Positions 28,767 to 38,058 of a DNA stretch of 64,000 nt are shown piece after piece. Below the pieces are notes generated by a model that had not been told where the DNA came from, made no database searches, and saw only the letters and a program-made list of their open reading frames with translations. Every line of letters begins with the position of its first letter. Position 1 is the first letter of the stretch. This DNA comes from a bacterium (GTDB lineage: Bacteria; Electryoneota; RPQS01): contig DASXUQ010000009.1 in the NCBI GenBank assembly GCA_036504735.1, forward strand, positions 103,204 through 167,203. Direction: 5' to 3'. The translations under genes and the position numbers were made by a program.

Positions 28767-30210
28767 TACTCAATACCTTGACTGACTTACCCTTACGTGT
28801 CCGCTTGCCGAAAATGAAATAGATTCCACCCGTCACCAATACCGCGATTATCGGTGAAATCGCCGCCCATCTACCATGATCCATTACTATCATTGGGAAC
28901 ATTATCGTTAAGCCGACCACAACAGCAGTGAGCGCCACTCTGGGGCTCTTGTAGTCATCCTTAACACTGCCAATTAGGAGTGGTACGAGAATCAGCTGTG
29001 CGCCTGCGAATAGAAATGCGCCTTCGATAACACCAGGAAGCACAAATGCAAGGGCAACCCCGAGAACGCCCATGACCGCAACAATTAGTCGGGACTGCAT
29101 CATGCTCACCTCGATCCCCGGCTTCATGCTGGGCAGAAAATCTTGGTAAACAACCTGCGCGGCGGTGATCAAACATGTGTCGGCAGTAGAAAGTGCAACC
29201 GCAAATATCAACACCAAAAAGCTGCCAATAATCCCTTGCGTTGCTGGCCCGGATCCATTTGTAAACTTGATAAGACTAGGAAGAACTCCTTCGAAGCCCT
29301 CAGCCTGAACTGGCAAAATGTTGTACGCCAACAAGCCGACACTCAGAATACCAAGAAAGAAGATACTACCCAACACGCTCCATATTAACCCTGATTTGGG
29401 CTCACTGAGGTTTCTGCTCGCATTAGCAGCTTGGGTACGAACCCACATGTCCATTGCGGTTATCTGGAAGGCCACCCCAATTACCACCAGTAGCACGATA
29501 ACTCCAATGCTCTCGCTGATCGGAATAGTGCGTGCAGCAAATAGGGTAGACACAGGAACCGGATGAGCGGCAAATACCGAATAGCTGAACCACACCACGG
29601 AAATTCCTAGTATGCCTGTCTGAATCCCATCGGTGAGAAACACACTCTTGTAGCCGCCGATAATCGTGTAGAAAACACATATGAGTCCGCCAAGCAAGAT
29701 CAGCCAGTATGCGTCATCTGCCCAGAATGGACCGAGTATCTTCGCAACCGCGAGAAGCTCTGCCGAAAAGGTTGCCCAATAGCTTACTATTATGGCGACA
29801 CTCACGACAGTAGTAAGTTTGCGTGTGTCTTTGTCCGCTTCATAATTGTTAGATATGAATGATATGATACTGTAATTTTCTGTTTCGGAGAAGAAAGCTC
29901 TGACTTTTAGCACCTTCGAAATGAATCGTCTATATACTATTAACCCAATTATGAAGGATCCCAAGATTCCGATTCCGATTGACCAGCCATATCTGTAAGC
30001 ATAAGCAATGGTCAGTACAAGCCCTCCAGAGACAGAAATATTAGTTCCAATCGTATTAAGCGCGAAATGATACCAAGTCATGTCGCGTGCAAATAGGTAG
30101 TCTTTTGCTGAGACCATACCTCTGCGACTTAGAAAACCGACAATGAGGCTTCCAAATAGCAATACGGCAAGTAAAATAATCGCGAAAAGAGCTTCAAAAG
30201 ACATTGCCAT
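28759..30210 (-). CDS. Sodium:solute symporter (SSS) family transporter
   Basis: 483 aa, about 13 TM segments. SSF-like pattern (GGLVLTIAY..., YKSVFLTDGIQ). Confidence 0.7.
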   Translation of the reverse strand: MAMSFEALFAIILLAVLLFGSLIVGFLSRRGMVSAKDYLFARDMTWYHFALNTIGTNISVSGGLVLTIAYAYRYGWSIGIGILGSFIIGLIVYRRFISKVLKVRAFFSETENYSIISFISNNYEADKDTRKLTTVVSVAIIVSYWATFSAELLAVAKILGPFWADDAYWLILLGGLICVFYTIIGGYKSVFLTDGIQTGILGISVVWFSYSVFAAHPVPVSTLFAARTIPISESIGVIVLLVVIGVAFQITAMDMWVRTQAANASRNLSEPKSGLIWSVLGSIFFLGILSVGLLAYNILPVQAEGFEGVLPSLIKFTNGSGPATQGIIGSFLVLIFAVALSTADTCLITAAQVVYQDFLPSMKPGIEVSMMQSRLIVAVMGVLGVALAFVLPGVIEGAFLFAGAQLILVPLLIGSVKDDYKSPRVALTAVVVGLTIMFPMIVMDHGRWAAISPIIAVLVTGGIYFIFGKRTRKGKSVKVLSNA

Positions 30211-30862
30211 AGTGTATCCTGCGATTCCTATCGGTCAAGTTTCGAACAGATAGCGTGAAGATCTGAAGGCCGTGCTTGTGCCAGATCCGTGATAGCACAC
30301 AATTGGGAAGGTGAATCACTCTGAGAATGATATCGGCCAATGAAGATGAAAGGAGATAATGTGATGTATTTCGTGACAAACACAAAAAGAGCGAACCATT
30401 CTGCCTATTGAAACAGGGGCTTCGCTCGTCTAAGGTGCGCGTCGGGAGAACCCCCGGCCATCGTGAAAGATGCTTTCAAGTTAGTAATTTATCAGTAAGG
30501 TGTCAATTTCCCCATTTCATGAATCACTAGGATTTGATTAACTTATGTTGTTGATTAATTATATCTTCCAAAGTTATTTCAACACATGTTCAGATGTTCA
30601 TGGTTTGAGGGGAGGAGTTGTTGCTGCAGGAAGCGTTGCACAAGAACCGTAGAGCGCATTGTGCTATCGAATTTTTCACTTAGAGATCTGTAGAAAGTAC
30701 TTCACCTTTTGACGAACATTCCTCAGTCGGTATGAACGACAGGCTCGGTATTATCACTCTACGAAGCCTGCGGCTCTCAAACCAAGCTAAAGCAAAGGCC
30801 CTCGGACTACTCACTTTGGGGCCCACGCTTCAGGTGTGCGGCGCATTGCTCGCAACAGATAA

Positions 30863-31972
30863 TCAGGTTTCTTCTCCAATCGGTATCTCCAGCCGTCGGG
30901 CTTGCGCCTGAAGTTGTCCCGGAAGCAGATTGGTGTATCGTTGCGTTTGGAGGATGGAAGCATGTCCGAGCCACTGTTGAACCACGCGAATGTCGATGCC
31001 GGATGCCAATGCGTTTGTCGCGTACGTGTGCCTGAATAAATGCATACCCGTCATATGATCGCCCTTCGCAATCCTCACTCCTTCCTTGCGCTCTATCCGC
31101 CTTAGGCAGCTTATCCAGGCGTTGCGATTGTTGCTTCGCGGTCCGCCCGAACGTCCCGGAAATACAAAAGGGCTTTCGCCCCTTCGTCTGTTCTTCAACC
31201 GATGAAACAACGCGATTGCCGCTGGACAGAGTGGCACCGCTCGGTCTCGTCGGTTCTTTGTAAGGTGAACCTCATTGCTGCGAATCTTGATATGCTCGCC
31301 GCCCGGTGTCAGCACAACGTCTTTCCACTGCAGGTGCCTGGCTTCCCCATCTCGCATTCCTGTGTACAACAGTGCCTTGTAGAAATCGGCAGATCCCTTA
31401 TTTGCATGCTTGAAGATGAGTGCCAACTCCATCGGGGTATAGACCTCAACGGAATGGATTGGTACACGTTGCCGGCCAATTTGGGTAGCTGGACTGTGGG
31501 TTAGATACTCCCGATCAACCGCAAATCTGAAGTAACGCTGGATTATGTTTAACTCGTCGTTCCAACTCTTCGGAGACAGCGTTTTGCTTCGCTCTTGCAG
31601 ATGAGCTTCAATATGGCTCGTTCCAATCCGCGCCAGGTTGTTGAACTTGTGACTCTGCAGGTAAAGCATGAACGGCTTGAGTTGCTGATGCATCCGCTTT
31701 GCCTGGCTTTTGGATTTCAGCAAGATCACCGCCCGCTTGAATTCTTCATATACTCGATAGTAGTCCACAAAGCTTTGCGGCAGTCCTGCCACCCCTCGTT
31801 CAAGATTGCTTTCTATCTCCGCCTTCATCTGCTCAGCGATCATCTGGCTTGTCACTTTCAGTGACCGCTGGACCTGCCTCCCATCCTGTATGTAGCTAAT
31901 CCACCAAACCTTCCCTCGTCGCTTTCCTCCAGTCTTAGAGTCAGGCAATAGTCGCTTGAAAAGTGATGCCAT
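30863..31972 (-). CDS. int: Tyrosine recombinase / phage-type integrase
   Basis: 369 aa. Catalytic box residues (R...HLFRHTYAT...LGHASILQTQRYT). Confidence 0.85.
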   Translation of the reverse strand: MASLFKRLLPDSKTGGKRRGKVWWISYIQDGRQVQRSLKVTSQMIAEQMKAEIESNLERGVAGLPQSFVDYYRVYEEFKRAVILLKSKSQAKRMHQQLKPFMLYLQSHKFNNLARIGTSHIEAHLQERSKTLSPKSWNDELNIIQRYFRFAVDREYLTHSPATQIGRQRVPIHSVEVYTPMELALIFKHANKGSADFYKALLYTGMRDGEARHLQWKDVVLTPGGEHIKIRSNEVHLTKNRRDRAVPLCPAAIALFHRLKNRRRGESPFVFPGRSGGPRSNNRNAWISCLRRIERKEGVRIAKGDHMTGMHLFRHTYATNALASGIDIRVVQQWLGHASILQTQRYTNLLPGQLQAQARRLEIPIGEET

Positions 31973-32198
31973 AGAATCTCCTGAGTTTCATGTACTCTCT
32001 TATTCCATGACACCATTATTCTGCCGCGCTACTAATCCGGAAATGGACTTCGTCCGGCTACGAAACTTTCAAGCTCAATGTTCAGCTTCCGAGAGGTTTC
32101 TGCGGCATCGCCTGGTATTATCTTCTGGCTTCTTCGCTCCTCGTATTCATTGTGCCCCCTCTGCCTTGGCTCTCTTGCAAAGGTGTCCTTGCAGGCAA

Positions 32199-32849
32199 TC
32201 AAGCGCGTTTTAGCCGCTTCTTAAGGTGGTAGACTGCGACCTCACAGTACTCTGGCAACTTCCCCATGGCGTCTCTTGACTGCCAATCCCGTAGCAAGTC
32301 TTCAAGCTCTGCTTTTGTACGAGTCGTCCCTTTAGGCCTATCCAAGTCTGCATAGAGGTTTCGGATAAGGAGCTCGCGATTGCGCTTCAGAATAGGGTGA
32401 TTCAAATTCAGAATATCATTCAATTCCTTGTCAAAATCCGCCCGGCTCGAACTGACTATTCCATCGCCCATGTACCTTATCAACTGATCAAAGTCTCGGG
32501 CGGGATCTGCAGGATTGTAGAGTAAGTCATCGTCGCCTTTGCGGTAATCGCAATGCTGTAACTTGTATGGTTGTTTTTGGCCGCCTGGACAGGCTGCCAA
32601 AAGGTTTCTATAATCGAGGCTCTCACCATCGTATTTGGTTTGGCAGTGCCAATGCTCGATCCTGCATGTCTGCTCATCAACTCGGGACATGCAGTAGCAG
32701 CACAAGTAGCCCTGCTCTGCCAAGAGGCTGGCTCTGAGTTCTTCTTTGGCCGCAGGATTGCTATTGAGATCTCTTTTGTAATTTGTTCCAGGTTTGTTTC
32801 TAATTTCTTGTAGGCTTCTGGGTTCCTTTTGTTTGCTGATATTTCTCAT
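32199..32849 (-). CDS. ptuB: Septu PtuB-like HNH endonuclease (TIGR02646-type)
   Basis: 216 aa. HNH core (CCYCMSRVDEQTCRIEHWHC). Overlaps the upstream ATPase gene by 4 nt (ATGA). Confidence 0.7.
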   Translation of the reverse strand: MRNISKQKEPRSLQEIRNKPGTNYKRDLNSNPAAKEELRASLLAEQGYLCCYCMSRVDEQTCRIEHWHCQTKYDGESLDYRNLLAACPGGQKQPYKLQHCDYRKGDDDLLYNPADPARDFDQLIRYMGDGIVSSSRADFDKELNDILNLNHPILKRNRELLIRNLYADLDRPKGTTRTKAELEDLLRDWQSRDAMGKLPEYCEVAVYHLKKRLKRA

Positions 32850-34135
32850 TTGTCAGTCCGTGGGCCCTCAAGCGAGAAGATCATGGACATGGCTTGTCGA
32901 GTCTCTGGAATCTGGTAACCAATTTCCTTCTCGATTTGTACTACCAATTCCTTCGCTTCCTCCAACTTGTCCTCATCAATTAGAGAGAACACCTGTTTCA
33001 ATTTCGCAGATACTTCAGGATCCCTGTCCTCTGTCCGCATTAACAGTGTCAGCAGCAAGTTGGAATCCAGCCCTTTCGCGTACTCTGGGAAAAAGCATTC
33101 TATCTCGTGTGATTGTGGGTTCCGGTTCAAGATTCTAACTTCAGTGTTATGCAACTCGCCAAGAATCTGCGGTGAATGTGTTGATAGCACGAATTGGCAA
33201 TTAGGAAAGGTACTGCGTAGCCGAGGGATCACGGTCCACTGCCACGCCGGATGCAAATGCAAATCGATCTCGTCGATTAGTACGATGGCCTCGCTACGAA
33301 GCGGATTCTTTATATTCGGATTGGCAGTAGCAAGCCTTCGTGCTATGTCGCCAACCATGGCCAACAAGCATTTTTCGCCATCCGATAGTTGATCAACGCG
33401 CAGGGTTTCCGCGGCTTTCTCAATCGTCATTTGATTCGGTGAACGGCGAACGCGAAGACCCTTGTAACCTGGCATCATCTTCTCGACCGCTGATCTCACA
33501 GCATCAAGTTGGCGGTCAGAATAGCTTCTGCCACCCGAGGGACCGTGACGTACTCCTTGCTGATCGCGAAGCATTTCATTTTCCAAATCCTCCCTTGTTC
33601 GGAACCACTGGAAGAAACTGCGAAAGTTGTTTTGCCCATACAAAGCCCCATCGTAGGCTGCCAATTGGTTCTTCAGTTGGCTCTTCAACGGTGCCAGTGG
33701 AACGTCGATCACGTTCCTATTTACTGAATAGTGAACAATAAGAGGGAAACTGGCGTTCGGATCGGCTTGGAATCCATCCAAAACTACACCAGCGAGATCT
33801 TTTGCTTCCTGGGTATTAGAATACACAGACGGTTTCTTTCCAGGACGAGGCTTCGCAAGAATCCAACGATAGCGTTTATCGTAATGCGAGACCTGGAGGG
33901 ATAGTACCGCTTCGCTGGAATCGTTATTTATATCGTAGCTAGATATATGCTTCCCAGAACTCCGTTGTGTTGTTATCCAACCCTGAAGCCGTGAAGCCAT
34001 CTTCGATATTGCATCCAGCACACTTGACTTGCCTACACCGTTCACGCCAACAAGTACAGTCACCCGCTCCGGGAACTCCAATACTAATTCCCTGACGCCG
34101 CGGAAGCCACGAATCTCTAATTGGTCTATCTTCAT
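32846..34135 (-). CDS. ptuA: Septu PtuA-like ABC-type ATPase (AAA_21/AAA_15)
   Basis: 429 aa. Walker A GVNGVGKSS, ABC signature LSDGEK, Walker B/H-loop IVLIDEIDLHLHP, STHSP. Confidence 0.7.
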   Translation of the reverse strand: MKIDQLEIRGFRGVRELVLEFPERVTVLVGVNGVGKSSVLDAISKMASRLQGWITTQRSSGKHISSYDINNDSSEAVLSLQVSHYDKRYRWILAKPRPGKKPSVYSNTQEAKDLAGVVLDGFQADPNASFPLIVHYSVNRNVIDVPLAPLKSQLKNQLAAYDGALYGQNNFRSFFQWFRTREDLENEMLRDQQGVRHGPSGGRSYSDRQLDAVRSAVEKMMPGYKGLRVRRSPNQMTIEKAAETLRVDQLSDGEKCLLAMVGDIARRLATANPNIKNPLRSEAIVLIDEIDLHLHPAWQWTVIPRLRSTFPNCQFVLSTHSPQILGELHNTEVRILNRNPQSHEIECFFPEYAKGLDSNLLLTLLMRTEDRDPEVSAKLKQVFSLIDEDKLEEAKELVVQIEKEIGYQIPETRQAMSMIFSLEGPRTDK

Positions 34136-34281
34136 TGAAGTATGCCTCTGGCCATATGTGAAATCTAGATTGGAGTGAAGCGAAACTCAGGTGTCGATAC
34201 AAGTTACCTATGAGCACACATCGTTGCTAGTGGTGACTTGAGTAGGTTTGCCGTCAACGGAAAGTCCGAGGAATGTGGCTT

Positions 34282-35226
34282 TCAAAGGTGACTGTTTCGC
34301 CACGGAGGAAGAATCCCGAGCCTTTCAAGGATATCTTCTGCCTCTTGGCGCTCACGGCTGACTTTGGCGTTCGCTCCTGCGGCTGCAATCCAGCCCTGCG
34401 CAACAGCGATCTCCATTGCATTGTCAATTCTGCCCTGTACGGTCGCACGGATGAGCTCTATCATCGGGGAAGCCAATATCATAGCATTAAGACGATAGTC
34501 TAGGAATGCTTCCCATGTAAGCGGACACCATCTTGATACTATTTCATTCCCGATAATGTCCGCGTATTGCCGGATTTCTATTTGAGCGTGTGAGTCCATC
34601 CGCAGGTGGAGAAAGTGAAGCAGGTTATGAAGATCAATCTTCCAGTAGGCCTCGGTGTAGGTTGACAACGGCAGATCTTTCCGCGCCTGCTCACGTGTCA
34701 CCCCAGCCTGTATCCGTGCATCATATATCTGACGACAATGCTGGTGCAGTAGCACTTCATCATTTGTAAGAGTTTGGCCGATAGTATCAGTCAATTTTCC
34801 TTTGCTCCCTTGCCGATTGTCGGATGTCTGGAGCCGCCATTGATCCGGTTTGGTCTGATGAGCTGAGTCGATGGCTATCGAATATCTGGTTGAGTACTCG
34901 TTCACATTGGCAGTCCGATGCCGTATCCACTGGCGCCATGTATCCATCGGAACGCGGATATGCAGCTTGATTTCGCACATCTCAAAAGGCGTCGTGTGCC
35001 GGTGCCGCATCAAGTACCGGATCAGGCCTCGGTCTTCATGAATTTGTTTCGTTCCTTGGCCGTAGGACACACGAGCAGCCTGAACGATGGCATGATCGGA
35101 TCCCATGTAATCGATAACACGGATGAACCCATCATCAAGGACCTTAAGCGGCACACCCAGCAGGCCGTTTAGTGATGTACAATCTGCCCGGCTAGTATTC
35201 TCGATTTCGACCATGTTGGGAGTCAT
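34282..35226 (-). CDS. thyX: Flavin-dependent thymidylate synthase ThyX
   Basis: 314 aa. ThyX signature (IRHRTANVNEYSTRYS = RHRxxxxxxxS.RY). Confidence 0.75.
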   Translation of the reverse strand: MTPNMVEIENTSRADCTSLNGLLGVPLKVLDDGFIRVIDYMGSDHAIVQAARVSYGQGTKQIHEDRGLIRYLMRHRHTTPFEMCEIKLHIRVPMDTWRQWIRHRTANVNEYSTRYSIAIDSAHQTKPDQWRLQTSDNRQGSKGKLTDTIGQTLTNDEVLLHQHCRQIYDARIQAGVTREQARKDLPLSTYTEAYWKIDLHNLLHFLHLRMDSHAQIEIRQYADIIGNEIVSRWCPLTWEAFLDYRLNAMILASPMIELIRATVQGRIDNAMEIAVAQGWIAAAGANAKVSRERQEAEDILERLGILPPWRNSHL

Positions 35227-35281
35227 GGGGCGATCTCTCCTCTGCTTGCATCAAACGATGAAAGATTGAAACAAAAGCTCT

Positions 35282-36271
35282 TCACGCAAACAAACTGCGC
35301 AAATCGAGCAGATACGCATTCGTGCCAGGCTGTGAGTACTCTGCATAGTTGTACAACCACGCCTGTGCATAGCACAGCTGTACAGATTCGTCTGCCAAGT
35401 TGACCAGAGCACTACCCAACGTAGACATCTTCGTATTCATGGGGGCTATCGCATGGTTATGCTTTGGGGTCTGCCGCACTTGCAGCATGATGGCATCGCG
35501 TGCATCCACCGGATCGCAACAGGAAAATGCGAACTCGCGAACATCCGGATGCGTAGCGTATGCTTGCTTCACCAGTTCGTGAAACCGCCGATTGGTTGTT
35601 TCACCATCGCCTGATGACGTGTGGGTGCCAGGTGTTCCGTACCCCAGCGACAATACCTCCGGTTCGTAGGCTTGAATGAGTGACATAGCACGATCATCCT
35701 CGTATCCAACAAGTACAATCAAATGAGTCTTATTTGTTGGCATCATCTTGCCAGGGTATCCAAGGACAGATCGAACCTGTCGCACCCCGCGGCTAAGCCA
35801 TCCACTGCACGGGTCTGTCTCTGGGCTATACGTGGCCCCAGTATATACTAGATCAATATGTACGTTCTCCGCAAAATGCCTCAGCAACACCTGCAACAGA
35901 ATCAGCAATCCTTCGTGAGTGAACGTGGTCATGTCCACGACTACGTGACGCTCGCAGGTAGCCTCCCATTGCACCTGTCGCGAAGTTAGCATTCTTCCAA
36001 ATGCGTCTGCGGTGATGATTGGGTCCACTGTCGAAGTCTCAACAATGCTTGGATTTGGAAGTAGGGCGCTCAGTGCTTCCGCGCTTGCACGTACATGCTC
36101 CAGAAGATTTGAATTCATTACCACGAAGGCGGACTTTACTTTGGCGAGATCGAGATTCTGAGCGACTGCAAGCGATCTGCTTTCGTAGCTAGAACAACAA
36201 ATAAACAAGTCTATCGGGTACTTGAGTGTTTCTGATAGGCGACTCAATGACAGTTTCGTCACCATTCTCAA
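35282..36271 (-). CDS. Hypothetical protein (329 aa), third gene of HD-NTPase-unknown operon
   Basis: Overlaps the upstream NTPase gene by 4 nt. Acidic patches (VGYEDDRA, VVVDMTT) could be a nuclease/Toprim-like site but are unverified. Confidence 0.4.
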   Translation of the reverse strand: MRMVTKLSLSRLSETLKYPIDLFICCSSYESRSLAVAQNLDLAKVKSAFVVMNSNLLEHVRASAEALSALLPNPSIVETSTVDPIITADAFGRMLTSRQVQWEATCERHVVVDMTTFTHEGLLILLQVLLRHFAENVHIDLVYTGATYSPETDPCSGWLSRGVRQVRSVLGYPGKMMPTNKTHLIVLVGYEDDRAMSLIQAYEPEVLSLGYGTPGTHTSSGDGETTNRRFHELVKQAYATHPDVREFAFSCCDPVDARDAIMLQVRQTPKHNHAIAPMNTKMSTLGSALVNLADESVQLCYAQAWLYNYAEYSQPGTNAYLLDLRSLFA

Positions 36272-38058
36272 TCCTCTCCTTCGAACAGCGCCAACTGCTG
36301 AGTATCTAACAGTATGTCAGGGTTCTCTTTTGCCTTTCGTAGAACAGCATTCGGATTGCTCATTGCTTCCTCCATCCGCTCGTTCGTCACAAATAGGTAA
36401 CCTGCAAAGCTTGTGGGATCCAATCTAAAATGTGGTGCCAGCTGGCGCGTTAGGACATAGAGCCTTGTTCTGCCGGTGCCCATCTTGTTTCCTATAGAGG
36501 ATACATGGAAATACCCTAGGTCTCTTCCCAATCGGAGTATTTTCTCCACATCCCGGCTTGCGTCGTTGCTAAAGGCAATGGAAAACACTCGACGCTCGGC
36601 TTTGTCCGATACCAGTATCTGGTGGAAGACTCCTCCAAGCACCCGAATCATATTGTGGAGTCGGCGTAGATCCTCTGGATCGAGTCTGAAGCGGCTCTGA
36701 TCCTGGCTTTCCTTTTCAAGCTCCCAAAATGCAAGCTTGTCGGAAAGCTTGCGGATTTCTCGGTCTTGAATGCCTGCCGGAATCGCCGATATTGGTTGCG
36801 GTAAGCCTGCCACCGTCGCTTCGCTATACATCATTGCTGCAGCGTCGAGAAAGATACGGATCACGCCTGAGGAAATATGAGTCAGTTGTTCGAAACCGGC
36901 ATATGAATAAGTTGATCCCGACTTGCTTATCCCTTCGAGTCTCTTGATGAAGTCAGGTCTAGCATAGCGCTTTGCGTCGTCAATTCCCTTATAATCTCTC
37001 TGATCGCTGGTCGCCCGTTCTTTGTAGCTTTCAGCAATTGCCGTGATCTGGCGCTCCTGGTCGAGATCGGGAGGGAAGAAATCATCCGGTTCAACATCTA
37101 TGTCCAGCAACTGAAGTCGTCGCCGGACGATTTCGCGAAGACGTTTCTTGTAGCGGCCATGGGATGTTGTATAGATCTCGGAAATATCAATTTCTGAGAA
37201 ATCGTGTGGAACGTCAATTCTTCTTCCTGAACCGGTCCTGAATGTTTTGTAGTCGTATTGAGTGGACACCTTTATACTTACGTCCGAACTCGTACGTGAG
37301 CTAACCCACGAGTTCAGCACCATTGTTTGAGAGAGGTTAAAGTGCCCTGCATCGTCAATTAGCAGGTATACCGGCTTCGCTCCAATATACGGAAGCTTCT
37401 TGAGGTCCATTAGTGTCGGAAGCAGGAAATCTCCGTACCCAAGCAAAGGTCCGTCATATGGGTGCGGCCCCGGATTAAATAGTCGTTTCACGTACTGCAG
37501 AAACTCTGCATAGATAGTGCTTAGGATGTCGATGAGTATCCTAAAAGACATAGTGTGGTCATTGCTTTCAATCACACCATCGTCGCCCTTCCACCCGCTG
37601 AGTCGTAGTCGATTGAGCACGCCCTTCACGAAGGCCGCATTAGCTTCCTTGCCTTCCTGCGTACCAGAGTCGGGTATGTTCAGCGCAGAAAGTGCTTCGA
37701 ACGCCTTTGAGGCAATGTACAGAATCATGAAATGTTCGTTCAGCACTAGGCTGCTGTGCTCATCCTTAAGACGATCCAGCTCGGACAAGCAGAGTTCGGT
37801 GTTCTTCACCTGCACCCAAATGCTCAGGAAATCGAGATTCGTGATAGTTGTGTTATTAGAAAGACATTGACAGTCCGGCTCCAAGAAACGGAAGATCATA
37901 CTCTTGCCAGATCCTCGGGGCCCATGAATGAAACAATGCCCTTGTTGTGCCACTTTCGGAAAATCACTGAATACATCCACGAACAGCCTTACAGCATCGT
38001 CAGCCGGCAACTTTTCAGGAGAACGAATGGTGAATGGATTCACGTTAGTGTGTGGCAT
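36268..38058 (-). CDS. P-loop NTPase (Walker A GPRGSGKS, Walker B LLIDDAGH), ABC/OLD- or AAA-like, defence-associated
   Basis: 596 aa. The N-terminal ATPase motifs resemble the AAA_21 pattern (G.NG.GKS, IDE..LH). Confidence 0.55.
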   Translation of the reverse strand: MPHTNVNPFTIRSPEKLPADDAVRLFVDVFSDFPKVAQQGHCFIHGPRGSGKSMIFRFLEPDCQCLSNNTTITNLDFLSIWVQVKNTELCLSELDRLKDEHSSLVLNEHFMILYIASKAFEALSALNIPDSGTQEGKEANAAFVKGVLNRLRLSGWKGDDGVIESNDHTMSFRILIDILSTIYAEFLQYVKRLFNPGPHPYDGPLLGYGDFLLPTLMDLKKLPYIGAKPVYLLIDDAGHFNLSQTMVLNSWVSSRTSSDVSIKVSTQYDYKTFRTGSGRRIDVPHDFSEIDISEIYTTSHGRYKKRLREIVRRRLQLLDIDVEPDDFFPPDLDQERQITAIAESYKERATSDQRDYKGIDDAKRYARPDFIKRLEGISKSGSTYSYAGFEQLTHISSGVIRIFLDAAAMMYSEATVAGLPQPISAIPAGIQDREIRKLSDKLAFWELEKESQDQSRFRLDPEDLRRLHNMIRVLGGVFHQILVSDKAERRVFSIAFSNDASRDVEKILRLGRDLGYFHVSSIGNKMGTGRTRLYVLTRQLAPHFRLDPTSFAGYLFVTNERMEEAMSNPNAVLRKAKENPDILLDTQQLALFEGED

